Of a stretch of DNA of 64,000 nucleotides, positions 52,788-64,000 are shown piece after piece. Below the pieces are notes generated by a model, which saw only the letters and a list, made by a program, of their open reading frames with translations, was not told the DNA's origin and ran no database searches. The translations under genes and the position numbers were made by a program. Position 1 is the first letter of the stretch. Each line of letters opens with the position of its first letter. The stretch comes from Ginglymostoma cirratum (Eukaryota), in contig JAHRHZ010000266.1 of NCBI GenBank assembly GCA_024137785.1, positions 198,738-262,737 of the forward strand, in the 5' to 3' direction.

Positions 52788-54007
52788 AATAGCTCATAGG
52801 ACACAGCTCCAACGTATACTTTAACCTTGAGTCTGTTTCCTAATTTTTTGCGGGGGGGGAAGCGACTATGATGTTAATACCCTCTAAATGTTTGACTTCC
52901 TTCACATAATGAGTCATATTAATGATGTGAAAGTCCAGTTTCCCTTCTTCTTGAAGGTTTTTGAACCCTGAATATTCACCCTGGTCAGTCTTACTGCTAA
53001 CTTCAAATATGCGTTTACATTTATGCACGTATCTGGTGTACTCCCCTTTATTGCTGCCAGCATGCTGTGAGCCCAGATGCCATTCGCCATTGTTGATTGA
53101 TAGATTCACAGAGCACAGAAAAGGCCCTTTGACTTGACAAGTCTGCACCAATATAACTACCACTAAAGGCGCACTAATCCCAATTTCCCGCTCTGGGCCA
53201 TATCCGTGAACATTATGATATTTGAAGTGCTCATCCAAATATTTTTTAAAGCAGTTGTAAGGTTTCCGGTCTCTACTACCTTTCCAGGCAGTGCATTCCA
53301 GATTCCCACCATCCACTGAATGAAAAAGATTTTTTTCCCAAATCTCCTCTGAATCTCCTGCCACTTATGCCAAACTACGCTCTCTCATGATTGACCCCTC
53401 AACCAGGGGGAACAGATGCTCTCTATTCATCTGTCCATATCCTTCATAATCTTATACACCTCAATCATGTCTCCCCTCAGTCTTCTCTGCTCTAAGGAAA
53501 ACAACCCAAGCCTATCTTGTCTCCCCTTATAGCTCAGTTCCTCCAGTGTACACCCTCCTGTGCTATCACATCCTTCCTAGTGTCAGGCAATCAGAATTGC
53601 ACACAACACTTCAGTTGTGGCTTGATCAACACTCCGTACAATTTCAACATTAATTCCTTGTTATTATACTCTATGCTTCAGCTGATGAAAGCAAGTATCC
53701 CATATGCCTTCTTAACTATCCTATTCACATGCTCTGTTGACTTCGGGGATCTGTGAGTAATTACCCCAAGATACCCAGTGTCCTGTCATTCATTAAATAT
53801 CCCTCATTTGTTTCTTCTTCCAAAGTGCATCACCTCACACTTAACAGGGTTGAATACCACCTGCCACTCGTCTGTCCATCTGACCGACCCATCTATATTT
53901 TCCTGTAACCTGCAACTATCTTCTTCGCTATTAACCACTCTGCCAATCTTGGTGTCATCTGCAAACTTGCTTGACATTCCCCCTACATTTTCATCTATAT
54001 AATTTAT

Positions 54008-54612
54008 AAGGTTTTAGAGTAGATTTGTAGCTCGGGTTGTGGATGTTGTGGTTTGTTGGCTTTCCGAGCTGTTTCGTTGTTCTGCAGACATTTCATTACC
54101 CTGCTGGGTAACATCATCAGCGCAGCCTCCGATGAAGTGCTGTTCTGTTTTCCCACCTGGTATTTATAATTCTGGAGTCCGTTAAGCTGGATTACCTCAC
54201 TTCCGGTTTTCCTTCACAATGGAGTGTACATAGGGTCAAGTTCTAAGTGTTTGTTGATGGCTTTCTTCATGGAGTACCAGGCTTCTAGGAATTCCCATGC
54301 TTGTCTCTGCTTTGGTTGTCCCAGGATCTTGGTGTTGTCCCAAGCAAAGCAGAGACAAGCATGGGAATTCCTAGAAGCATGGTACTCCACGAAGAGAGCC
54401 ATCAACAAACACATAGAACTCGACCCCATATACACTCCACTACTAAGGAAAACCGGAAGTGAGATAATCCAGCTCAACAGACTCCAAAGTTTAAATACCA
54501 GGCGGGAAAACAGAACAGCGCTTCATCGGAGGCTGCACTGATGATGTTACCCAGCAGGGTAATGAAACGTCTGCGGAACAACGAGCCAGCTCGGCGAGCC
54601 AACCAACCACAA
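54008..54612. mobile_element. Fold-back Penelope (Poseidon-like) fragment: inverted GIY-YIG C-terminus plus pLTR
   Basis: About 270-bp inverted arms; peptide WDNTKILGQ.KQRQAWEFLEAWYS...INKHIELDPIY; TSD tatataatttat at 53996-54007 and 54613-54624. Confidence 0.88.
54533..54576 (+). ncRNA. Hammerhead ribozyme motif (mirror copy at 54082-54125, minus)
   Basis: CUGCA-CUGAUGA-U-GUUACCC(AGCA)GGGUAAU-GAAAC-GUC-UGCGG: stems I and II pair, GUC cleavage triplet. Confidence 0.8.
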
Positions 54613-57600
54613 TATATAATTTATGTATATAACAAACAATAAAGGTCCCAGTACTGATCCATATGTTACATTGCTGGACATCGGGCTCCAGTCACTCAAA
54701 CAATCTTCTACCACTACCCTTTGTGTCCTTTTACTAAGTTAGTTTCTGATCCATCTCACCAAGTTTGCCCCAATTCCATGTGCTTTAACCTTCTCAATCA
54801 GTCTCTCAAGTGGGGCCTTGTCAAAAGCTTTGCTAAAATCCATATAAACTTCATCAACTGAACGTACCTCATCCACACACTTGATCACATTTTCAAAAAA
54901 TTCGAACAAATTCGTTAGGCATGACCTTCTTTTGACAAAGCCATGAAACCTATCCCTCATTAACCTATGCCTTTCCAGTGGGTACTAATTCGCTACTTCA
55001 CAATTTTTTCCAATAGTTTCCCTACCTCATGAGACTCACCAGCCTTTAAATTCCTGGTTCATCTCTAGCATCCTCCTTAAAGAGTTGAACTACATTAGCC
55101 ATCCTCCAGTCCTCTGGCACTTTCCCTGTAGCCACAGAGAAATTAAAACTTTGTGTCAGAGCCCCTGCAATTTCCAGCTTTGCCTCCCACAGCAGCCTGG
55201 GATGCAATCCATCCGGGACAGCGGACTGGTCTGTTTTTAAGTCTGACAGAACCTCTAATACCTCCCATTTCCTATGTCAAACTGTGCAAGTTCCTCACAG
55301 TCCCTCTACCTGAATCCCATACCTACGTTTTCCTTTTCCAGAATGAAGATCGGAGAGAAGTATTCATTCAACACCCTTCCAATATTCTGCAGCTTCACAC
55401 ATAGGTTGGCCCCTTGGTCCCTATTCTTTCCCTGGTTAACCTCTTTCCTTTCATGTATTTATAAAATATCTTAGGATTCTCCTTAATCCTGTTCGCAAGT
55501 CCTTTAGCATGTCCCCTTTTTGCTCTTCTAATTGCTTTCTTTCGGCGATGAAGTGGCCTGCGAACCCAGATGGCAGTCGACTGTGAGGGACTCAGCCCAG
55601 AATGGGGTAGAGTGTGCCCTCGTGGATAGTGTGGGCCCAGTGCAATGGAGAATGAGTTCTCATTGGGGAAAGCCAACATGGAGCAACTGCAGGCCCTTGG
55701 CTATAGAAGGACTGTCATGCTGAATTTTTGACTCATTTCTTTATCTTTCTATTTTGTACTTAAAATTTTGTACCTAGGTATCCTTGTACCTGAGCTGGAG
55801 CCAGGAGTAGCAACTTTTCTCACTTTTCACTATATTCCTATACTTGAGTACACATGACTATGAACCTAATTTTAATTCTAATTCTATCATTGTCAGATTG
55901 GATCTTTGGAACCAAGTTTCTAGTGTAGACAAGACCAGTATCTTTTTGCACCACATGATTCACTAAGAACTTGCAATGCAGGACCATCTTGTACTGAGTA
56001 CAATAGACCATACTTCTCACACAGCTTGCTTGTTTCCTGCATCTTGGCTACTGCACCAATAAATAGTAACGGAACTTAATACTTGCAGATAGTGCAGTTC
56101 AGCTACAATGGATTTATTTCAGCCACCTGACAGCAATGTGTCAAACTTGTGACATTATCTGTCTTTTTCAAAATGTTTGGTGAGCTTTGAAGCTATACCA
56201 TCTCCATTACCCACATTGACAGCTCAGCCTCTGAATCACAGTCTTTTCCCTTGTCCCAGTATTTCCTAACAAACTAATCTGTTGATCCTGTAGCTATTAT
56301 TTGGAGGACGTTGACTCTAAATGGTAAATTCTCAAGTTTACTGTTACAGAAAGATGATATTTTGGCATTCCCATTGTTTAGTAGGATTTCTCTGGTCCTC
56401 TTGAGAAAGCACTGAATTGATCCTGTGAAACCCCTCATTTCCAACTGACTATCTTTATTTCCATGCTTGCATATATGAACATGTCTTTCAAGAGTGGGCC
56501 CTGCAGACCCTTGAGCCTGATCGGCCATTCTCTGCTGATCTGACTACAACCTCCTAAACACATTCCCACCTACCACTGATAACCTTTCAACCCCTGCATA
56601 ACTTATGTGACAATGGATTCATGGTCATCATTAGATTCTTAATTCCAGATATTTATTGAATTCAAATTCCACCATCTGCCATGGCGGGATTCGAACCCAG
56701 TTCCCCAGAACATTATCTAAGTCTCTGATTAACAGTCCAGCAATAATACCACTAAGCTATTGCCTCCCCAAGTTTAATAGTCATCTTTCTGATGTTCCAT
56801 GTTTTGCAAATGCTGCTCTTGTCCAGGAAATTAGAGTAGCATTATTTCTATAAAGTTACTCTGTTTGAAGATGCACCAGTGCAGCTGTTGTATTTAATTT
56901 GTTTTTGAATTATTCCCTGTTCTATTTCCAACCAAAGCTTGATTTTTCTTATTACAACTCAAGTACTCACTTCTTATGTAATTTTTTTTTCTGGAGTCTT
57001 GGTATAAATGTAACTTCTGCTTTGCTTCAAGTTTGCTCTGAGATCCTTTTCAGAAGTTTCCAATTAGTTCTGTTTTTTTAAAGGGAGTTCCTCATGGTGC
57101 TGATCACCATATTCTATTTCTTGTGTTGTAAGTGACACACACATAGTGTGGATTCAGTTCACTTAAATGAACCTGTATGAGATTTTCTAACAACACAGAC
57201 TATAACTTGCAGTTACAGACAACTACACATCCAAACTCTAGCTTGCTTCTGCTGAACTGTACGTGGTACTTGGTCATCCTTGTCCTTGATTCAGTAGCAT
57301 ATTCACACTTAAAACAAACAGCTCTTTCAGCAATAACGCAAAATAACATGAGAAATAGTCAGAGGAACCTAACGGCATAATCCCATGTCATAGTAAGGAG
57401 CATTCAATTTACACATCAGCTCAGATTATACAGATAACAGAATTGAAAGGGTCATAAACATAGATAATCCATTGAACCACATAGTGATCAATGATGCTTG
57501 ATTTTGACTGAATCAGAAATGTCACCCTTGAATAAATCATCACCAGAAACAGTCTTCCCTTGGCACCAGAATGTGGCTGGCAGCTATGAAACCCAAGGTG

Positions 57601-58117
57601 TAGTCAGCAGCTGTAACACAGGGAGGGCTGAAGAAACTGTCAGGAATCACAGGGACTGATGATCCTAGTTACAGGACAGGTAGGGAGGGGATTGGAGATG
57701 AGAGGAAAATTTCTGCAGGGGCTTCTCATCTGCTGTAACTTTGGTGGAAGTTACAGGACTTTGAAATCTCAGAACGTGGAGAATGATCAGGAAATCACAT
57801 CCCCACCCAATGGAACTTCAGCTAAGGGAGAAAATAGGATTCACAAATACGAAATATGAAATGCTTCTATTTTATATTCAGCACTCACTGCAATTAATAA
57901 CATTTCAATGTTTCCCTTCATAAAGAATTCATTGCAACTCAGAGTGTCCAAGCGAACAAAAATGAGCATCAACTTCCTTGTTACATGAGGGTGAATTGCA
58001 GGTTAATTTGGGGAAGGGAGATCACAAGTCAGCTTGGAGCTGGAGGTTAGCAAATAGCCAAAAACTGGCAAATTTTGCACAGAAATGATTATCCTGTCAT
58101 TTATCCCACAGTCAAAC

Positions 58118-58270
58118 CATGTTAGCAGCTCATAAGTGCAGGTTGCACTCTGGGGGCAAGAGATGTTTGATTCAGCCCTGGACTGCAGCATTTTCATCAC
58201 CACGCATGTATCAATTGCCAATTTTCCTACCTTTTTGAAGATCTGGTGTACTCAATTAGCTGCGAACATG
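58118..58270 (-). other. Gene A: two candidate juxtamembrane exons, 58270-58231 (40 nt) and 58149-58118 (32 nt, in-frame TAA)
   Basis: First has acceptor tttttatctgtttag and donor AAG|gtagga; second has acceptor ctcttgcccccag and weak donor gtttga; together 72 nt restore phase 1. Confidence 0.35.
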
Positions 58271-59089
58271 CTAAACAGATAAAAATGATTAGTAAATATT
58301 TAGTTAATTTGCTGACAAATGTGCTAAACTGCCATCACAATGATGGTATCAACCAACACCTTTTATTAATATAAACATACCTACATCCAAATATCACCAA
58401 GGTTTTATATGATACCTAAGCTCTTTTAATCAAGAGGGATCTAAATAGGTAAATCTAAAATCAATTATTGACCATGTTAGATAACCAAAAGCAGGAATCC
58501 AATCCAACACCGAGCAAACTGTAACAAAATACACTACCAGAGGCATTGTTTTGTCAGTTCCACTTGTATTTATTCTTCTCCATTTCCCCATGTCTCCCAC
58601 CCATGCACCCTCAAGCAATGCATTCCAGAACCTCAGGAAGTAAAGATAAAAAAGAGTACATCAAAGACCTGTACGATCGTGATAGCAGATCAACAAAACT
58701 AGAACCAAAGAAGACACAGGTATTTCAGGTGATTTCGGATCTGAGCTTCCGGACTGTGAATATTTAGAGCTGTAAAATAGCAGACAATAAGAAAACCATA
58801 AGGATCTGAAGGAATCTATACAGAAAGGATAAACAGACCCTGAGAGAAGACAAGCAAATTAAATTGCATAAAGGGAAGGAGTTTAGGGTAGGTCATAGGT
58901 GGCGACACAAAGGCATACTGTCAGATGGACTTGCCCTGGGAGTCCTCAAGATTGATTCTGAACAATACAAAGTCTCAAGACTTCAGGTCAAACATTGGAA
59001 AGAAACCTTCTCATTATTACCACATAACATCTTCCATCAGCTGACGATCAGTGAGTGCCAGGGGCACAGAATATTTTCAGGTTGAGGAA

Positions 59090-61410
59090 CTTCAGTGTCT
59101 ATCAGGCAGATTGGTTCTGCAGCACCACTACTGATTGAGACAATCAAGTCCTAAAGGACATAGCTGTTAGACTGGGTATGATACAGGTGGTGAAGGAACC
59201 AATTAGAGGGAAAAACTTTCTTGAACTCATTCTCACTAAATTGCCTGCCACAGATGTATGTGTCCATGACAGCCTTAAAAGGAATAACCACCATACAGTG
59301 ACTATACAAAATCCCACGTTCACATTCAGGATAATCTACATCATGCACTTCAAACAAATCTATCAACTCAAGACTGGGCATTCATGAGGCACTGTGGGCT
59401 GTCAACAGCTGCAGAATCATACACCACAACAATCTGCAAACTCATAGCCATTACCATCAATCCAGGGGATTAACCCTGGTATAATGAGGAGTGCAGAAGG
59501 ATATACCAGAAGCAGCACCAGGTATATTTAATAGTAAGGTGTCAACCTCATGAAGCTAAAACACAAGACTGCATGCATGCCAAACAGCATAAGCACCAAG
59601 CAATAGATGGAGCTGAGGGATCCACAACCAACAGATCAGATCTAAATTCTTCGCTACTGTCACATTCAGTAGAGGATTATGATGGAAAATTAAACAACTC
59701 ATTGGAGGAGGAGGCTCACAAATATCCCCATCCTCAACGATGGAAACGGCCAACATATCAATGCAAAAGATAAGGCGAAGCATTTGCAGCAATATACAGC
59801 CAGAGGTGTCAAGTGGATGATCCATCTTGGCCTCCTGCAGAGATCCCAGCCTGGACAGAGGGTCAAGCATGAAGAGGAACTGAAGGAAATCCTTCTTAGT
59901 CAGGAGATGGTATTGGGGAAATTGATGAGATTAAAACCCAAAATGTCCCTACGGCCTGATGCTCTGCATCCCAGACTAATTAAAGAGGTGGCCCGAGAAA
60001 TAGCTGATGCATTGGTGATATTTTCCAGCATTAGGTAGAGTCTGGAAGAGCCATTTACTCCAACTCTCTGTTTCCTGTCTGCCAACCAGTTCTCTATCAT
60101 ATCAATACATTACCTCCAATACCATGAGCTTTAATTTTCCTTATTAATTTCTTGTGTGGAACCTTGTAAAAATTCTTTTGAAAGCCCAGATACACACATC
60201 TATTGATTCACCCTTGTCCACTCTACTGGTCACATCTTCAAAAAATTCTGGAAGCTTTGTCAAGCGTGATTTCCCTTTGGTGAATCCAAGCTGACTAGGA
60301 CTGATTCTGTCACTGCTTTCCAAATGCTCAGTTATTACATCCTGAATAACTGACTCCAGCATTTTCCACATCATCGGTGTCAGGCTAACCAGCCGATTAT
60401 TCCCCATTTTCTCTCCATCCTTTTTTAAAGATTGGACTTACATTAGCCACTCTCCAGTCCATTGGAACTCTTCCAGAGTCTACCTAATGCTGGAAAATAT
60501 CACCAATGCATCTTCTATTTCTCAGGCCACCTCTTTTACTAGTCTGGGATGCAGAGCATCAGGTCCTAGGGACTTTTTGGGTTTTAATCCCATCAATTTC
60601 CCCAATACCATCTCCTGACTAAGAAGGATTTCCTTCAGTTCCTCTTCACGCTTGACCCTCTGTCCCCAGGCATTTCCTGAAGATTACTTGTGTCCTTCTT
60701 AGTGAAGACAGATCCAAAGTATTTGGGTGCAGGACATCTTTGTAAGAGTTCCTCAGGGGAGAGCCCTAGGCCGAACCATCTTCAGCTGCTTCATCTTTCC
60801 CTCCATCATAAGGTCGGAAGTGGAGATGCTCACTGATGATTACAAATGTTCAGAGCCATTTATGACTTCTCATATATTGAAGTAGTTGATATTCAAATGC
60901 AGAAAGATCTATACAGTTTTGGGCTGAAAGATGGCAAGTAATATTCACGCAATACAAATGCCAGGCAATGACTATCTCCAACTGCCTCTTGACATTCAAT
61001 GACATTACCATCAGTGAATCACCCACTATCAACATCCTGGAGGTTACCACTGAACCAGAAACTCAACTGGACCAGCCACAAAAGCACAGTGGCTGCAAGA
61101 GCAGGTCAGAAACTAGGAATTCAGTAGCGAGTAATTCGCCTTCTAACTCCCCAAAACTTGTCAACCATCTGCAAGGCACAAATCAGGAGTGTGATGGAAT
61201 ACTCTCCATTTGCCTGGATAGGTGCAGTTTCAACTCTCAAGAAGCTTGACACCATCCAGGTCAAAGTGGCTTGCTTGATTGGCACCACATCCACGAACAT
61301 CCATTTTCTACATCACCAATGCTCAGTAGCACCATCTCAAGGGCAATTAGGGATGGGCAATGAATGCTGACCCAGCCAGAGATGCCTAAGTTCCATGAGT
61401 GAATGAATGA
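59090..61410 (+). mobile_element. Old CR1-group LINE containing an inverted-duplicated CR1 fragment (59853-60725)
   Basis: QVVKEP.RGKN.L.LILT, KAQIRSVMEYSP.AW; 3' tail shared with the tRNA-SINE family. Confidence 0.7.
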
Positions 61411-62111
61411 AAATGTTTTTAAAACCACCTCAGTTCTGATGCTGGACATATGATAAACCTAAAGTTGACAACTTGTAATTGTATAGCATGTATAATATAG
61501 GGACTTCACAGGAGCATATTCAGAAAAAATATGAGACCAAACTAAGAAGTAGATGTTAAGACAGGTAACTAAAAACTAGATGAAAGAGTTTAGAGTCTCA
61601 AGACCAGAAAACATGGTTAACAGTGGTGGGGCAAAGAGAACCAGTGTACGAGAGGCCCAAGTTGGACAATGTCATTTTGGTTGGTTCAAGGGCACAAAAA
61701 TGCTGCAGAGAAATCTGAAAACAAGAGAACTGATCTTTTCATGTTTGCTTGCAGCTTCCTTTCTGTTCCATTGAGGTTCCATACAGTGTGAATGTGTGGG
61801 AAGGGGATTCGTCCATTAGTGATTTACGGAGTTGACTTGAATGGACCTCTTTTGAAACACTGGAAGTTTTAAAGCTTTCTAACATCATGAAAACTCATGA
61901 GTGAGCCAGGTAACAGAGAGTGGCTGATATTTATTAAAAAGGCTACCATTCCCCCATTCACCAAACCCACCAAAGACAAAGTTAATGCCTTCAGAAAATG
62001 AGTGGAAGAGGAGAAAATTAGTGAGGAAAGATTGATCCAGGGTCATCGTTTGCTGTTAATTCAACACAGAGTCATATTGCTTTATTAAATATCACTCACT
62101 ACAGAACTGAC

Positions 62112-62213
62112 CTCCTTTCTTCCTGAAGGTAATGAAGATGATGATGATGATGAGCAGGAAGCTGAGCAGTGGGATGACCAGCTGATATATGGTGGTGGGC
62201 TCAGTCCTCCTCA
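62112..62213 (-). CDS. Gene A: transmembrane exon (x)RRTEPTTIYQLVIPLLSFLLIIIIIFITFRKKG; acceptor reads AA instead of AG
   Basis: 19-aa uncharged hydrophobic stretch followed by RKK, donor GAG|gtcagt in phase 1, polypyrimidine tract tgttctttccattttacaa. Confidence 0.68.
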
Positions 62214-62297
62214 TTGTAAAATGGAAAGAACAATGTTGGTTTCTAATGTCTCAACCCCAGATGTGTTTATCGTTCAGTCATTCTCCAGATTGTCCAA

Positions 62298-62840
62298 GAT
62301 GGTAGTGCTCCTGTCTCTGTCAGAAACCTGTAGGTTCAAGCCCTACTCATAACCTAAGCATGTAACCAAGCCTGATGATATGCAGTGTTACAGTGTCAGA
62401 AATGTGGTGTTTTGGATTTGTTGTTAACCCTAGCCAGAGTCTACTTGATCAAGAGGATGCCAAAGACCTTCCACATTTTCCCAGGGAGAGTAGGAAATTC
62501 TGCTGGTGGCCTGCCAGGATTTTAAATAACTTACTCGAGCATGTGGTCACGCAGAAATCTTCCAAGTATCAATTGCTCATTATTCCCTTGAACTTGCTAT
62601 ATGTGTAAGTGACCACATAGCACATGCCATGCATTGGAATAAATAGGCACCTGTAACAAAAATGGTTCAGAGGACTATTGGTTCTGTGCAGGTTTCATCC
62701 ATCAACCAATTGAAACTAGCTGGTGTGGGTTTCCCCACATAATAAAAGCTCTTACACATCCAGAGTTTTTATTTGACTACAAAGCACTTTGGGATGTCTT
62801 GAGGATGTGAAGGATGTTCTATCTTTGAAAACTCTCTCTT
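62298..62840 (+). mobile_element. Degenerate DeuSINE (SacSINE1-like); head fragment also at about 46863-46975
   Basis: tRNA-like head and tail aaagcactttgggatgtcttgaggatgtgaagg. Confidence 0.5.
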
Positions 62841-64000
62841 TGGTATATGCAACTGAATATGTGTATGGAGAGGATCATCAATGATCTCTTGTGGAAATAG
62901 TTGCAAATATTGGCAGGGCAGAAATCATGGCCCAGATGCTGTACCTGAATCATGGCCCTGTTCCTGTTCCTGCCCCTGCTCCTGCCCCAAGTTCACATGC
63001 CACTCTCCACCCTAAGCATAGGGGCACCCCAATAGCCCCAGGCCTCAGTTCTTAATCCCTGATGTAACTCCCACCGTCACAAAGCCCTGGTTCTCAGAGT
63101 ACCATTATGTCCCACTTTCCTGCAGTGGAACTTGGGACAGGACTACAGACAATTAGATTGAATGCATAAAAAGGCTGTTTAGCCCTTATCAGTGTCTATG
63201 TTCCAAGAAGGTTATTCCCATTCTAATTCATCCGGTCCTATGTATGCCCTTCTATTCTATGCACCTTCTGTACTTACCTTGCTTTCCCTTCAACATACCT
63301 GTACTATTAAACTATTCATTGTGTTAGGAAGGTCCACATTTCATCCAGTCATCAGGTAATAATATTTTATTTCACATGATTGGTCAGTAATGCTCCAATA
63401 TATATGGCCTTCGTTATTTTCTCTACAAATGTTGAAGCATTTTGACCACATCTTCCTATCAAAACTAGCAACTTTGTCTGTAAAGTCTCTACTGTGCATC
63501 TTTTCCAGCCTTGTTAACTGGCTGTGAAGAGATGTTTCAAGTCCAGAGAAGCCAGTTCACAAAGCCCGCCCTGAAGTATTGTACCTACAGCTCTGTCCTC
63601 TCTACAGCTCACCTTCTTCTCTTGCTTTGAGGAGATGGATGTTCTCTGAGATACTAGTTCCATGTAACTGTCATGTGGAATTATATAATCTTGCAGCAGA
63701 AAAGGTGCCCATTCTTAATTGGAGCAGTCCCGTTCATCCCGCTCCCTCTTCCCTTCCCACAGACCTGTAATTTTCTCCCCTTCAAATACTTACCCAATTA
63801 TCTCCTGAAAGTTCCCATTGAATCTCTCTCCACTGCACTTTCAGGTAGTGCATTATAGATCAGAACAACTCCTGAAAGATGCAGCTGCTTAATTCTGTGA
63901 CACAAAACATAAGTTTAGATGGATATTTTAAATTAACCCACTGGGTATTTCCTGAATCTGGTGCTGACTTAGCTGGGAAAACAGAAGGAGCAGCATTTAG

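Larger units (their letters stand above)
53095..55540 (-). mobile_element. CR1 ORF2 remnant, host of the fold-back insertion at 54008-54612
   Basis: HGFVKRRSCLTNL, YMDFSKAFDK, RIKENPK.FY.Y. Confidence 0.85.
48780..57400 (-). mobile_element. Ancient Gypsy LTR retrotransposon shattered by later insertions
   Basis: In minus-strand order: LTR (about 57120-57400), PBS-like tggtgatcag, gag knuckle (about 55920-56030), RT (52020-51640, 50900-50760 YVNFLASYIPN), RNase H (about 50000-50160 QGYDID..Y.PG), second LTR (about 48860-48970). Confidence 0.6.

Noticed and set aside
62952-63035. Plus-strand MALFLFLPLLLPQ signal-peptide-like ORF
   Set aside because: Arises from a (cctgYY)n simple repeat; no donor and an early stop
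63613-63745. Possible decayed end of a V or stalk exon of gene A (donor GAAG|gtgagc)
   Set aside because: Stops in all frames and only vague similarity; worth a TBLASTN but not supportable by eye
1-64000. CRISPR arrays, operons, rRNA or genuine tRNA genes
   Set aside because: Vertebrate DNA; repeats are dispersed TEs and the tRNA-like segments are SINE heads

Overview
Eukaryotic, repeat-saturated DNA, most likely from a shark or other elasmobranch (HE1/V-SINEs, DeuSINE remnants, CR1, Rex1/Babar, RTE, Tx1, Gypsy and several Penelope-like families), with two 400-N gaps. Most ORFs in the supplied track are retroelement fragments or their antisense shadows. Reading splice signals by eye on the minus strand shows parts of two head-to-tail immune-receptor-type genes, both largely missed by the ORF track. 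Gene A (3' half): a transmembrane exon (62213-62112) and short phase-1 cytoplasmic exons with two ITIM-type motifs (SFYAKI, VIYAAV), stop at 43560-43558; it may be pseudogenised. Gene B (5' half): a signal-peptide exon (24060-24003, with ETS and ISRE motifs nearby) predicted to splice to a germline-joined VJ-type Ig exon (6854-6471) that combines Siglec-15-like and NKp30-like features. The window also has many Penelope-derived, hammerhead-associated mini and fold-back insertions with their own target-site duplications. One of them has a perfect TTAGGG/CCCTAA telomeric hairpin at the predicted ribozyme cleavage site. All gene models and family names come from manual reading and recalled motifs, not database searches; old TE boundaries are approximate.
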